Assembly (NCBI GenBank): GCA_038247245.1 | Contig: JBBRVE010000004.1 | Span: 22,485-86,484 of the forward strand | Source: Bdellovibrionales bacterium | GTDB lineage: Bacteria > Pseudomonadota > Alphaproteobacteria > Micavibrionales > UBA2020 | Direction of reading: 5' to 3' | Length of the DNA stretch: 64,000 bases | Part shown: piece by piece, positions 52,988 through 61,254 of the stretch | How the letters are laid out: each line of letters opens with the position of its first letter | Position numbering within the stretch: the stretch's first letter is position 1 | Program-made: the position numbers and the translations under genes | The notes under the pieces: model-generated | The model's input: the letters and a program-made list of their open reading frames with translations, nothing else | What the model was told of the DNA's origin: nothing | The model's database searches: none

Positions 52988-53764
52988 ATGTTCCAGAAAT
53001 ATATCAATAAATACATCCTTCCGGCGGTGCTGGCAGCAGGCGTTTTTGCCTCCGCGCCCGCTTCCGCAGAGAACTTCACGAAAGAAGACATCAATAAAAT
53101 GATCCATGAATACATCATGGAAAACCCCCAGTTAATTCTGGAAGCGGTCAACCGTTACCAGACCAGGGAAATCGAGGCGAAGAAAGCCGATGCGCTGCAG
53201 CGTAACCATGACGAATTGTTCAAGAACGAAAAATCTCCCTTCATCGGCAACAAATCGGGCGACGTCACGATCGTCGAATTCTTCGATTACAACTGCCATT
53301 ACTGCAAAGACGTTTTCTTCACGCTGAAGGACATCGCGAAGGAAGATCCGGGTGTGAAAGTGATCTTCAAGGATTTCCCGATCCTGGGACCGACATCCGA
53401 AACCGCCGCCAAGTGGGCACTTGCCGCGCAACGTCAGGACAAATATTTTGAATTCCATGAAAAAATGATGAGCTTTAAGGGCGCCCTCAAGAACGAGGAC
53501 ATCGAAACAGCTGCCAAGGATGTCGGCATGGATCTGGGCGCAGCACGTTCTTATGTCGATGGCACCGATGCCATGATGCAGATCGAGCGCAACCGTGCAC
53601 TGGCCTCGCAAATGGACTTTAACGGCACCCCTTCCTTTATCGTCGCGGACGAAGCCTTCTCGGGCGTTCCCGACAAGGAAAGCCTGAAGCAGCGCATTGC
53701 CGACAAGCGCAAGGCCGCCAAAGAAGGCGACAAGCCCAAGGAAGAAGAAAAGAAACAGGACTAA
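52988..53764 (+). CDS. DsbA-family thiol:disulfide oxidoreductase
   Basis: Signal peptide. FFDYNCHYCKD (CxxC). Thioredoxin fold with a Lys/Glu-rich tail. Confidence 0.85.
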   Translation: MFQKYINKYILPAVLAAGVFASAPASAENFTKEDINKMIHEYIMENPQLILEAVNRYQTREIEAKKADALQRNHDELFKNEKSPFIGNKSGDVTIVEFFDYNCHYCKDVFFTLKDIAKEDPGVKVIFKDFPILGPTSETAAKWALAAQRQDKYFEFHEKMMSFKGALKNEDIETAAKDVGMDLGAARSYVDGTDAMMQIERNRALASQMDFNGTPSFIVADEAFSGVPDKESLKQRIADKRKAAKEGDKPKEEEKKQD

Positions 53765-53783
53765 CCGTACCTGACAGGACAAT

Positions 53784-53815
53784 AAAAAACGGCGCCGTCA
53801 CAGGCGCCGTTTTTT
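53784..53815. terminator. Bidirectional intrinsic terminator between convergent genes
   Basis: aaaaaACGGCGCC-gtcaca-GGCGCCGTttttt. Confidence 0.75.
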
Positions 53816-53833
53816 ATTGCCCGGACGGGCGTG

Positions 53834-54379
53834 TTATTCTTTCACGGGTTTTACTTCCGTGCCGTCAAAGGCGAGCGCCTTCTCCTGTGCTTCTTGCGAC
53901 TCAATGCCGCTGCCGTTCTTGCCCTGCCACAGGTTCAGCCGGTATATCTTTTTGTACCCGTTTGTTTTCAGCACCGGATAGGCCTGCAGCGTCATCGAGA
54001 TCATGCGGGTAGGAAAGAAGCTGTAATCACAGACCAGCACCACCGGCGCGTCCTTGTCGGGCGCCAGCGCGGGCAGGTTCTTTTCGGTCAGTCCGGTCAG
54101 CGGCGCATTAACCGATCCCGCCAGATGCCGCCGGGCGAATGAATCCGCACTGCGCACATCCAGTACTGTCACCGCACCCTTTTCCTTCAGCGCGACGAAG
54201 CCCGGCAAATCCAGTTCTTCGCTGGTTTCGGGCAGGGACTCTTTATACTTCTCCAGCGTCACCACGTTTTGCGCGGGCGTGCTTTGTGGCGCATCGAAGG
54301 CTCCTGCGTGAGTCGCGACTCCCATAAACATGAACGAAATCAGAGCGATCATCAGCGGCAGCATATAGAAATGACGCAT
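53834..54379 (-). CDS. Periplasmic rhodanese-domain protein
   Basis: Signal peptide. VTVLDVRSADSFARRHLAGSVNAP and an active-site-loop-like VVLVCDYSFF. Confidence 0.7.
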   Translation of the reverse strand: MRHFYMLPLMIALISFMFMGVATHAGAFDAPQSTPAQNVVTLEKYKESLPETSEELDLPGFVALKEKGAVTVLDVRSADSFARRHLAGSVNAPLTGLTEKNLPALAPDKDAPVVLVCDYSFFPTRMISMTLQAYPVLKTNGYKKIYRLNLWQGKNGSGIESQEAQEKALAFDGTEVKPVKE

Positions 54380-54592
54380 GGCTTTAGCCTCCTTCTGAAA
54401 AATAACAGCTCAGCTTTGCCAGCTTCTTAAGAAAATGTAAAGAATTTCACGACTGATCATATTTCCATAAATTATTGAAATTGCACATTTTGACACGTGT
54501 TACTGAAATAAAATTACACTAATCCTTAACTTCTTGTTCATAAATGCCCTTGACCGTGGTTCTGTAAAATGTTTTACTATTAACATAAGACG

Positions 54593-54607
54593 TTAACAAG
54601 AAATTAA
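54593..54607. promoter_or_regulatory. Perfect TTAA-N7-TTAA (CtrA-type) box upstream of the CpdR-like gene
   Basis: TTAAcaagaaaTTAA about 90 nt upstream of the ATG at 54697. It sits in an AT-rich region, so a chance occurrence is possible. Confidence 0.3.
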
Positions 54608-54696
54608 AAAAACCGGATCAAACGGGGCGTCGACACCACGGTGAGACACAGAGAGAAGAACGGCTAAAAAAACAAAACATAGGGGAGTGACTTCAA

Positions 54697-55152
54697 ATGG
54701 CTAAGATCCTGATCGCAGAACACAATTCCACCACCGCAGCATATCTGGCGGCCTCGCTGAAAAAAGCGGGCAATACGGTCGAGAGCGTCGACAACTGCCT
54801 TGATGCATGGCGCGTATCGTCGCGCGACACTTATGATGTGCTGTTGGTGAACGTCGTGATGCCCGGCATCGACGGCTTCGTCCTCGCCCAGAAGGCGCTG
54901 CAGGACAACCCCGGCCTTCAGGTCATTTTCATTACCGGTTTCGCAGGTGTTGCCATGGATACGCACGCAACCCCCGCTTATGCCCCCGCCCCCGTCACCA
55001 CGCGCCCCTTCCACCTGAAGGAGATTGCCACCCGCGTGCGTTACCTGATGGGCCAGGGCAGCCTGCCGCTGAAAGCGCCGATGGCGTCTGCGGACAGCAA
55101 CATCATTTACGCGGACTTCGTACACAAGCCCGCACGCGCGCAGCAACTGTAA
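54697..55152 (+). CDS. CpdR-like single-domain response regulator with a degenerate phospho-acceptor pocket
   Basis: ILIAEHN...YDVLLVNVVMPGIDG...VIFITGFAGVAM...RPFHLKEI aligns with my recollection of CpdR (ILLAEDD...LLLTDIVMPEMDG...FITGFAAVAL...KPFHL). Confidence 0.8.
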   Translation: MAKILIAEHNSTTAAYLAASLKKAGNTVESVDNCLDAWRVSSRDTYDVLLVNVVMPGIDGFVLAQKALQDNPGLQVIFITGFAGVAMDTHATPAYAPAPVTTRPFHLKEIATRVRYLMGQGSLPLKAPMASADSNIIYADFVHKPARAQQL

Positions 55153-55202
55153 GAGTTTACGACCGGACCCCCAACGGAGACAATTCCCCCTCCGTGAACC
55201 AC

Positions 55203-55242
55203 TGTCCCCAGACCGCCCCCCCGGTCTGGGGACAATCTTTTC
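55203..55242 (+). terminator. Intrinsic terminator after the CpdR-like gene
   Basis: TGTCCCCAGACCG-cccccc-CGGTCTGGGGACA followed by atcttttc. Confidence 0.65.
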
Positions 55243-55344
55243 TAGGGCGATTCCTTGAAAAGCGGGTTTTTCCCGCCTTTTCAGCGGATTACGATAGGAC
55301 TTGCACAAAAAGGAAATGCCGTGCTAATAAAGCGGCCTGACCAA

Positions 55345-55419
55345 GGACACATAGCTCAGCGGTAGAGCACTATCTTGACATGGTAGGGGTCACAGGTTCA
55401 ATCCCTGTTGTGTCCACCA
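55345..55419 (+). tRNA. tRNA-Val (anticodon GAC)
   Basis: Hand-folded: acceptor GGACACA/TGTGTCC, D arm GCTC-AGCGGTA-GAGC, anticodon arm CTATC-TTGACAT-GGTAG, T arm ACAGG-TTCAATC-CCTGT, encoded CCA. 75 nt. Confidence 0.9.
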
Positions 55420-55422
55420 CTT
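55374..55422 (+). repeat. attL: 49-bp direct repeat (3' part of tRNA-Val from the anticodon loop through CCA plus ctt)
   Basis: cttgacatggtaggggtcacaggttcaatccctgttgtgtccaccactt, identical to 58564-58612. Confidence 0.9.
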
Positions 55423-55524
55423 CCTAACGTAGAAACAAGGCGTTAGTCGAAGCATATACCAAGCAAAAAAGTCGAATAGAGCCAGTGGCACAATTGTGGC
55501 ACACGCAAAAAGGCTTTTCGACTC

Positions 55525-56283
55525 ATGGCGACTCTCAGAAAACGCAGTGACCGGTGGCATGTTCAGATTCGCAGGCGGGGGCATAAATCCCTTACCCATT
55601 CATTTTGCCTGAAAGAGGATGCTTTGGCATGGGCTAGGGCTATGGAGACCGCCATAGACCGTAAAGCCCTCCCTGGAGACCAATCGGCTATTGAAGATAA
55701 AACCCTCTGGGACCTTCTGCAAAAGTATCTTGATGAAGTCACTCCCAAAAAGAGAAGTCATAGGATTGAGGCCAATTTTATCAAAGCTTTCATGCGTATG
55801 GAAATCGCACAGAAGAAACTGACGGCTATCAGCCCCGCCGACTTTGCCTCCTTGCGGGATAAACGCCTGCAAGAGATTCAGGCTTCAACCTTTAACAGGC
55901 AGATCGGCATGATCCAGAGCGCGTATGAGACGGCTATCAGAGAATGGAACTGGCCTCTGACTGAAAACCCTTTAAAGCGTATCCGCAAGCCAAAAAACGA
56001 CCGTCCAAGAAACAGGCGACTAAACACCAATGAACTGACTAGGCTAATGGAGGAAATCAAAAGGACAAGAAACCCACTGTTAAAACCTGTTGTGCTATTC
56101 GCCATTGAAACGGGTATGAGGCAAGGGGAAATCCTACGAACCGAATGGAAACACTTAGACCGAGACAAGAAGATTCTATTGATCCCCCTAACCAAGAACG
56201 GAGAGCCAAGAACAATTCCGCTTTCCAAGGCTGCTTTAAGCATACTGGAGGACGTTAAGCAGACTGATGAGCGTATAACGTAG
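55525..56283 (+). pseudogene. Tyrosine-type integrase, C-terminally truncated
   Basis: N-terminus MATLRKRSDRWHVQIRRRGHKSLTHSF..KEDALAWA and the catalytic-domain start FAIETGMRQGEIL...TKNGEPRTIPL are present. The ORF stops before the HxxR and catalytic Tyr regions expected about 90 aa further on. Confidence 0.65.
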
Positions 56284-56367
56284 CTAGGAGCGCGGCCTAT
56301 GACGCCATGTGACTACTCGGGCCGGCCTCGTGATTATGTTAAGCGCGCGTATGCGCATCAGGCTGAG

Positions 56368-56730
56368 CTATCCAATCATACTTCTTTCTACGCCCAGTTC
56401 TTTCCAAGCTACACTTACAACATACTTGGCCTGTTCGAGACCAATATCGGCATCAAAGTATTTTCGAATCCATTCAGCCTGGATCTCTTCCTCGGAACGC
56501 CCCTCCAGCCAAGCTCTAAGTTTACCTATTTGAAACCAGTTTTTACGCGCATTAAGACGAGAATGCTTTACGGGATCGGGTAACAGACCCCTCACCTTCC
56601 ATGTATTAATTGTGGGCAGAGGAACACCAAGAACCAACGCAAGCTCCGCGCTCGAAACACAGCTCCAGACAGGGCGTCTCTCGTATCGGCTCCAATTTGC
56701 CCTCAGCTTTTGGGGGTTAACTTTCTGCAT
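56368..56730 (-). CDS. Helix-turn-helix DNA-binding protein (excisionase/AlpA-like regulator of the islet)
   Basis: VSSAELALVLGVPLPTINTWKVRGLLP is HTH-like. Start at Met21 (ATG at 56730) with an AAGGGA SD. Confidence 0.5.
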   Translation of the reverse strand: MQKVNPQKLRANWSRYERRPVWSCVSSAELALVLGVPLPTINTWKVRGLLPDPVKHSRLNARKNWFQIGKLRAWLEGRSEEEIQAEWIRKYFDADIGLEQAKYVVSVAWKELGVERSMIG

Positions 56731-56879
56731 TATTAATTCCCTTTCCCGTTTTCTGTGAAAGTTGAGACAGGTAGCGTGTGTAGAGGACATACTTCTATTT
56801 ATTTTTAAAAATAATTATTAATAAGAACCCACAATTGGCTAGACCAAGGGGGAGACGCCCCAAAAGTCCTCTACAACCT

Positions 56880-57650
56880 CTACCTCTTTATGCCTGTAGT
56901 AACTTCATCTACAAAGAACGCACCATAAGAGTCTTTTAGCACTCCGCATGCGGCCGCTTCAGGATATTTGGCCTTGTCCTTATAGATTTCTTTACCGTCG
57001 ACCTTAACTACAACCACAGCGTCACGCTCTGCCGATGCTGCGCGGAAGATAACGCGATCAACGAGCCTTACTGTGTTGTTTTTTCTGCCAGCTAGCGGCT
57101 TGAAGACCTTAATAGGATTGCCGAAACTCTCATCGTAAAGGGCACCTTCATGATGAAAACTGATTTCCACGCCTGCTGATTGCCAATCAGAAGGAACATA
57201 GTTTTCCCTACCAAGAACTTTGAAGGCAAACTTCTTATCTGGCTGGCCATGAAAACGATGTTCATCTTGATAAAGAGTGAAGTTCATGCGCTCCCAAAAA
57301 GGAACGGATGTTTCTGGCGTACATTCGATCTCAAGAACATTGACGCCCTTCTCTCTGAAAATCACTTCCATGTAATTGAAAAGAAGCTCACCGTATCCAA
57401 GCCCCCTTTTGCTTTCCTTGACGGCGATAATATCAATCGTCCTGTCGCCGAGTGCAAAAGCAATTGCCTTTTCGCCTTGCTTTCCGATTAGAACCGTAAG
57501 ACCGCCTCCCTGATGCGCCCTTTTGATGATTTCTCTGTTGCAGTAAAAGGAATGTCCATTGGAATCCTCCTCTTCCTTTAACCATTTCAAAATAGTTCTT
57601 AGATCAACATCGGTGGACTTACGGATCGTTATAGACTTTGTTTTGGACAT
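56880..57650 (-). CDS. GNAT-family N-acetyltransferase fused to a ~120-aa C-terminal domain of unknown family
   Basis: IIAVKESKRGLGYGELLFNYMEVIFREKGVNVLEIE (acetyl-CoA motif A-like R-G-x-G-x-G). The C-terminal half (HRFHGQPDKKFAFKVLG...VVVVKVDGKEIYKDKAKY...) is unrecognised. Low-GC codon usage. Confidence 0.7.
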   Translation of the reverse strand: MSKTKSITIRKSTDVDLRTILKWLKEEEDSNGHSFYCNREIIKRAHQGGGLTVLIGKQGEKAIAFALGDRTIDIIAVKESKRGLGYGELLFNYMEVIFREKGVNVLEIECTPETSVPFWERMNFTLYQDEHRFHGQPDKKFAFKVLGRENYVPSDWQSAGVEISFHHEGALYDESFGNPIKVFKPLAGRKNNTVRLVDRVIFRAASAERDAVVVVKVDGKEIYKDKAKYPEAAACGVLKDSYGAFFVDEVTTGIKR

Positions 57651-57736
57651 AAAATGTCCTCCTTATGAGTTATTCGTCAACAGAATGCCAATATAGTACG
57701 TAAGACCGTTGACATGAGTCTTCGCATGTTTTCTAG

Positions 57737-58033
57737 CTAGAAGGCTAAAGAACTTGTGTTTTCCAAGCATGGACTTGCCCTGCATCTGCTCAAACATGTA
57801 GTCCACCAAGACGCCACAGTGTCCATATCTTTGCTGGCAGCTTTGAAACCACCTGATATTAGGGGGCTTTTCCTACCAGCCTTGGAGGAGACAGGAAAAA
57901 TTGGCTTATTAAAATATGACGAATAAAATAACGCCTCTTGCAGCATCCACGCATTGCGGTCAATCAGTGCGCCTAGTGACGGTTTAGTTGTATCTTCCAA
58001 AATCGTATTCATCGTTTCCTCCGCAGAGAACAT
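57737..58033 (-). pseudogene. Remnant of a bifunctional primase-polymerase (prim-pol) N-terminal domain
   Basis: NKPIFPVSSKAGRKSPLISGGFKAASKDMDTVASWW resembles the prim-pol N-terminal block (hFPh...K.P...GFKDAT.D...WW). The frame collapses right after WW, and another frame continues to about 57660. Confidence 0.45.
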
Positions 58034-58563
58034 AAGTTGCCTATCCCCACCCGAACTAATTTCAGGTGAGTACCCAATCCCCCTTTTCAGGGTTCCAAGC
58101 TAATGTTCAGATCAGGCGGCTAGGCCGGAGGTGAGCCGGAAGCTTGGTACACTTCTGTGCTGCTCATTTTCATTACGCTTCTGCGTTAGTTTTCATTCCT
58201 GGTTTTTTAGTCTATGGACAACAAAGGAAAAAAATCTTATTAACCATAACTCTAAGGTAACACGAATTTTCGTGTTTGAGAATCACCTACGTGAGGGAGC
58301 ATAAATCCTTTAAGTGATTGATAATAAATGATAACATTAATTGCCCTTTTTAAAATTTTTTTTTGAAATAAAGGTGCTTTAAGGAGCCCGTGACGACACG
58401 GATGAAGGGTGAACCGCCCGCAATATCTGGCACATCTTTGGCACAAAAGAGGGCAGATTATTGGTTGAACGCACGAGTTACCTGTGCTTATATCTTCACA
58501 GATAGCACTGAACCTATTAGGTTTTTGTGCTTGTGTAGGTGGCCCATCGCGCAGGAGTCGATC

Positions 58564-58612
58564 CTTGACATGGTAGGGGTCACAGGTTCAATCCCTGTTG
58601 TGTCCACCACTT
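58564..58612 (+). repeat. attR: second copy of the 49-bp tRNA-Val 3' repeat
   Basis: Identical to 55374-55422, with different flanks on both sides. Confidence 0.9.
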
Positions 58613-58637
58613 ACCCCAAGGGGCGGTTCGAGAATTC

Positions 58638-60503
58638 ATGAGCAAGCCCGCCTCGCCCCCTGATACCAATCTGCGTCATCAAGCCATTACATTATTGTCT
58701 GCAGGCCGTTTCGACGACGGCATTGCGCTGCTTGAAAAGGCCGCCGTGCAGGCGCCGTTATCCGGCCTGATACAGGGTGATCTTGCGCTGGCGTATTGGC
58801 AGGCGGGAAAACCGGAACGGGCCGAAGCGCATTACAAGACCGCCGTAAAACTGTCGCCGGACCACGCTTATGCGCTGAACAGCTATGGCGCATTCCTGCT
58901 GGAGCAGGCGCAGCTGGAACAGGCGCGCCCCTTGCTTGAAAAGGCGCTGACTCTGGAGCCCGCAAATTTTCAGATCCAGAACAATATGGGCCTGCTGCTG
59001 TACAGGACGGGCGATCTGGCGGGCGCGGAAAAACACCTGATCGCGGCAATACGCGGAAACCCTAAATGGCCGAACCCGCATGCGAATATCGGGGATGTGT
59101 TGCGCGACAGCCGGCGGCCCGAGCTGGCTGAAAAAGCGTACAAGCAGGCACTGACGCTCAACCCCCGCCACGCACAGGCCTGGCGCAATCTGGGCGCGTT
59201 GTACGCAGAACAAAAACGCCTTGATGAAGCAATCGACGCGTTGCGCCGCGCTGTTGATATTTTTCCGCTGGAAAGCGCATGGCTGGTCCTGATGGACCTG
59301 TACGAAAAGACCAACCGCATAGATGATGCCGAAGAAGCACTGAAAAACACAAAACGCGTGCTGCCGCCATCGCCCTATATTGCCTTGTGCGAGGCGAAAA
59401 TCCTGCGCCGCCGCAACCAGTCCGATGCCGCGCTTGCGCTGCTGGAGGAATACAAGGACCTGCTGCGCCCCGATGCGATGCGCAATTCAACGTTCTTCTA
59501 CGAGCTCGGCCAGTTGTATGAGCGCAGCAACGACGCGGCACGCGCCTTTGACGCCTTTACGAAAGGCAACAACTGCAAGGCCCAAATGGCCGACCTGCAG
59601 AATTTTCATCCGGGAATTTACCCGTCGCTTGCCGCCCGCCTGCTCCGCGATTTCACGCCCGCCATGGCGCAAGGGCCGCTGCCGGACGGCGCGGAGCCTG
59701 CGCCGGTTTTCCTGATCGGCTTCCCGCGCTCCGGCACCACGCTGCTCGACCAGATCATGGCAAGCCATCCCGATATCGGGGTGGCCGAAGAAAAACCCGC
59801 CGTCGACAAGATGATCCATCATCTTGTCCGCACCTATGGCACCGCGCGCCAGCACGAACACCCCTTAAGCGATGCCTGCTATCCGGCAGCGATGCCCCAG
59901 CTGACGGCGCAGGATATTGCCATCATGCGCGAAAAGTTTTTTGCCGAACATGCGGGCACCGAACAAAAGCCGCTTTTTGTCGACAAGCTGCCGCTGAACA
60001 TCCTGCATGTGGGCTTGATCCAGCGCGTGTTCCCCAAGGCCAAATTTATCCTCGCCTTGCGCCATCCGTGCGATTCCGTTCTCAGCTGCTACATGCAGGA
60101 TTTCTTTTTAAACCCCGCCATGGTCCGCTTCCTCGACCTTCAGGATTCTGCGCGCTTTTACGATGAAGCCTTTAAGGTCTGGGAACACTACGCCAGAACG
60201 CTGAAACTTGACGTTCACACCATCCGCTACGAAGACGTCGTTGCCGATTTCCAGCCGACGGTGGCGAAGCTGCTGCAATTCCTGAATGTGCCTTGGCACG
60301 ATGCCGTGCTGGAATACGATAAAACGGCGCAGAAAAAAGGGCTGATCAACACGCCCAGCTACCATCAGGTCACGCAGAAAATATATACCCGCGCAAGCGG
60401 GCGCTGGCAGAAATACCGCGAACAGCTGAAGCCTGTGCTGGATATCCTGCAACCGCATGCCGAGCGTTACGGCTATGCCATGGGCGACAGCGAGCAGAAT
60501 TAA
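58638..60503 (+). CDS. TPR-repeat protein fused to a sulfotransferase domain
   Basis: N-terminal ~300 aa of TPR helices. FLIGFPRSGTTLLDQIMASHP (5'-PSB PAPS-binding loop) and downstream sulfotransferase-like blocks. Confidence 0.85.
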   Translation: MSKPASPPDTNLRHQAITLLSAGRFDDGIALLEKAAVQAPLSGLIQGDLALAYWQAGKPERAEAHYKTAVKLSPDHAYALNSYGAFLLEQAQLEQARPLLEKALTLEPANFQIQNNMGLLLYRTGDLAGAEKHLIAAIRGNPKWPNPHANIGDVLRDSRRPELAEKAYKQALTLNPRHAQAWRNLGALYAEQKRLDEAIDALRRAVDIFPLESAWLVLMDLYEKTNRIDDAEEALKNTKRVLPPSPYIALCEAKILRRRNQSDAALALLEEYKDLLRPDAMRNSTFFYELGQLYERSNDAARAFDAFTKGNNCKAQMADLQNFHPGIYPSLAARLLRDFTPAMAQGPLPDGAEPAPVFLIGFPRSGTTLLDQIMASHPDIGVAEEKPAVDKMIHHLVRTYGTARQHEHPLSDACYPAAMPQLTAQDIAIMREKFFAEHAGTEQKPLFVDKLPLNILHVGLIQRVFPKAKFILALRHPCDSVLSCYMQDFFLNPAMVRFLDLQDSARFYDEAFKVWEHYARTLKLDVHTIRYEDVVADFQPTVAKLLQFLNVPWHDAVLEYDKTAQKKGLINTPSYHQVTQKIYTRASGRWQKYREQLKPVLDILQPHAERYGYAMGDSEQN

Positions 60504-61168
60504 TTACATTTCAGCGTCGATAAATAGTCGCGCGACGGCCAGTAGCGTACGCGGCCCGTATCAACATGCACGAAACCGTCTTCGGCGTAAAAACCGACCC
60601 CGCCGACGTTCAGGCAGGTCGCGATATTGCGCAGTTCGGTCGTCGACAGCCCCGGCACCTTGATGTCGATTGCCTTGCCATGCGTGTGCTGGGAATCCTC
60701 CGCCTGGCTGCCGCCTGCGTCGCGCAGGGCTTCGTTGGTGTTGGTCGAACGGTAGGACGACACGACCTGATATTCCACATCCAGACCGGGATGACGGCGC
60801 TGGATTTCGGTTTTCAGGCGGCCCAGCAGATCGAACAGCGCGGGATCCATATTGGCCGCTTCACCGCGACGGAAATCGCGCATGAACCAGTTGGCCTGTT
60901 GCGTGATTGAATCCCCGCGGTTGCGGGTCACGGTGATGCTTTCTTCTGTATGCAGATTGTAAAAGCGCAGCACATCGCTACCGGAGGACTGCGTCACGGT
61001 TGCAACGGCCTGCTGAAAGGACACCTGCGTCAGCACCGGCGGCGCGTCCTGATTGGCGCGGTTGTTTTGCTGGCCGTTATTGGAGGGTGCGGTTGAGCAG
61101 GCGGCAAGATTGAAGGCGATCGCCAGTGTTGCGCCGAAACGTCCAAGCTTTTTTGCCTGATTATTCAT
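60500..61168 (-). CDS. Peptidase M15A / DUF882-type (YcbK/MepK-like) peptidoglycan hydrolase lipoprotein
   Basis: Lipobox AFNLAA-C. SSYRS...DSQHTHGKAIDIKVPG...GGVGFYAEDGFVHVDTG (H..D..H zinc pattern). Confidence 0.8.
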   Translation of the reverse strand: MNNQAKKLGRFGATLAIAFNLAACSTAPSNNGQQNNRANQDAPPVLTQVSFQQAVATVTQSSGSDVLRFYNLHTEESITVTRNRGDSITQQANWFMRDFRRGEAANMDPALFDLLGRLKTEIQRRHPGLDVEYQVVSSYRSTNTNEALRDAGGSQAEDSQHTHGKAIDIKVPGLSTTELRNIATCLNVGGVGFYAEDGFVHVDTGRVRYWPSRDYLSTLKCN

Positions 61169-61254
61169 GGTGATTCTCCCTCCCGCCTTTAATGGCGTTC
61201 GAATTTTATACCAGAAACATCGAGATTATGCAAAATAAAAAGGCGGTAACGGCC

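Larger units (their letters stand above)
55423..58612. mobile_element. Decayed integrative islet inserted in tRNA-Val (truncated integrase, HTH/excisionase-like gene, GNAT-fusion cargo, prim-pol remnant)
   Basis: Bounded by perfect 49-bp direct repeats of the tRNA 3' half. The integrase gene is adjacent to the tRNA. The interior is visibly AT-richer than the flanking chromosome. Confidence 0.8.

Noticed and set aside
55423-58612. Possibility of an active prophage or ICE at tRNA-Val
   Set aside because: The element is only ~3.2 kb, the integrase lacks its catalytic C-terminus, and the prim-pol gene is fragmentary. There are no structural, conjugation or replication genes, so it is a relic rather than an active element.
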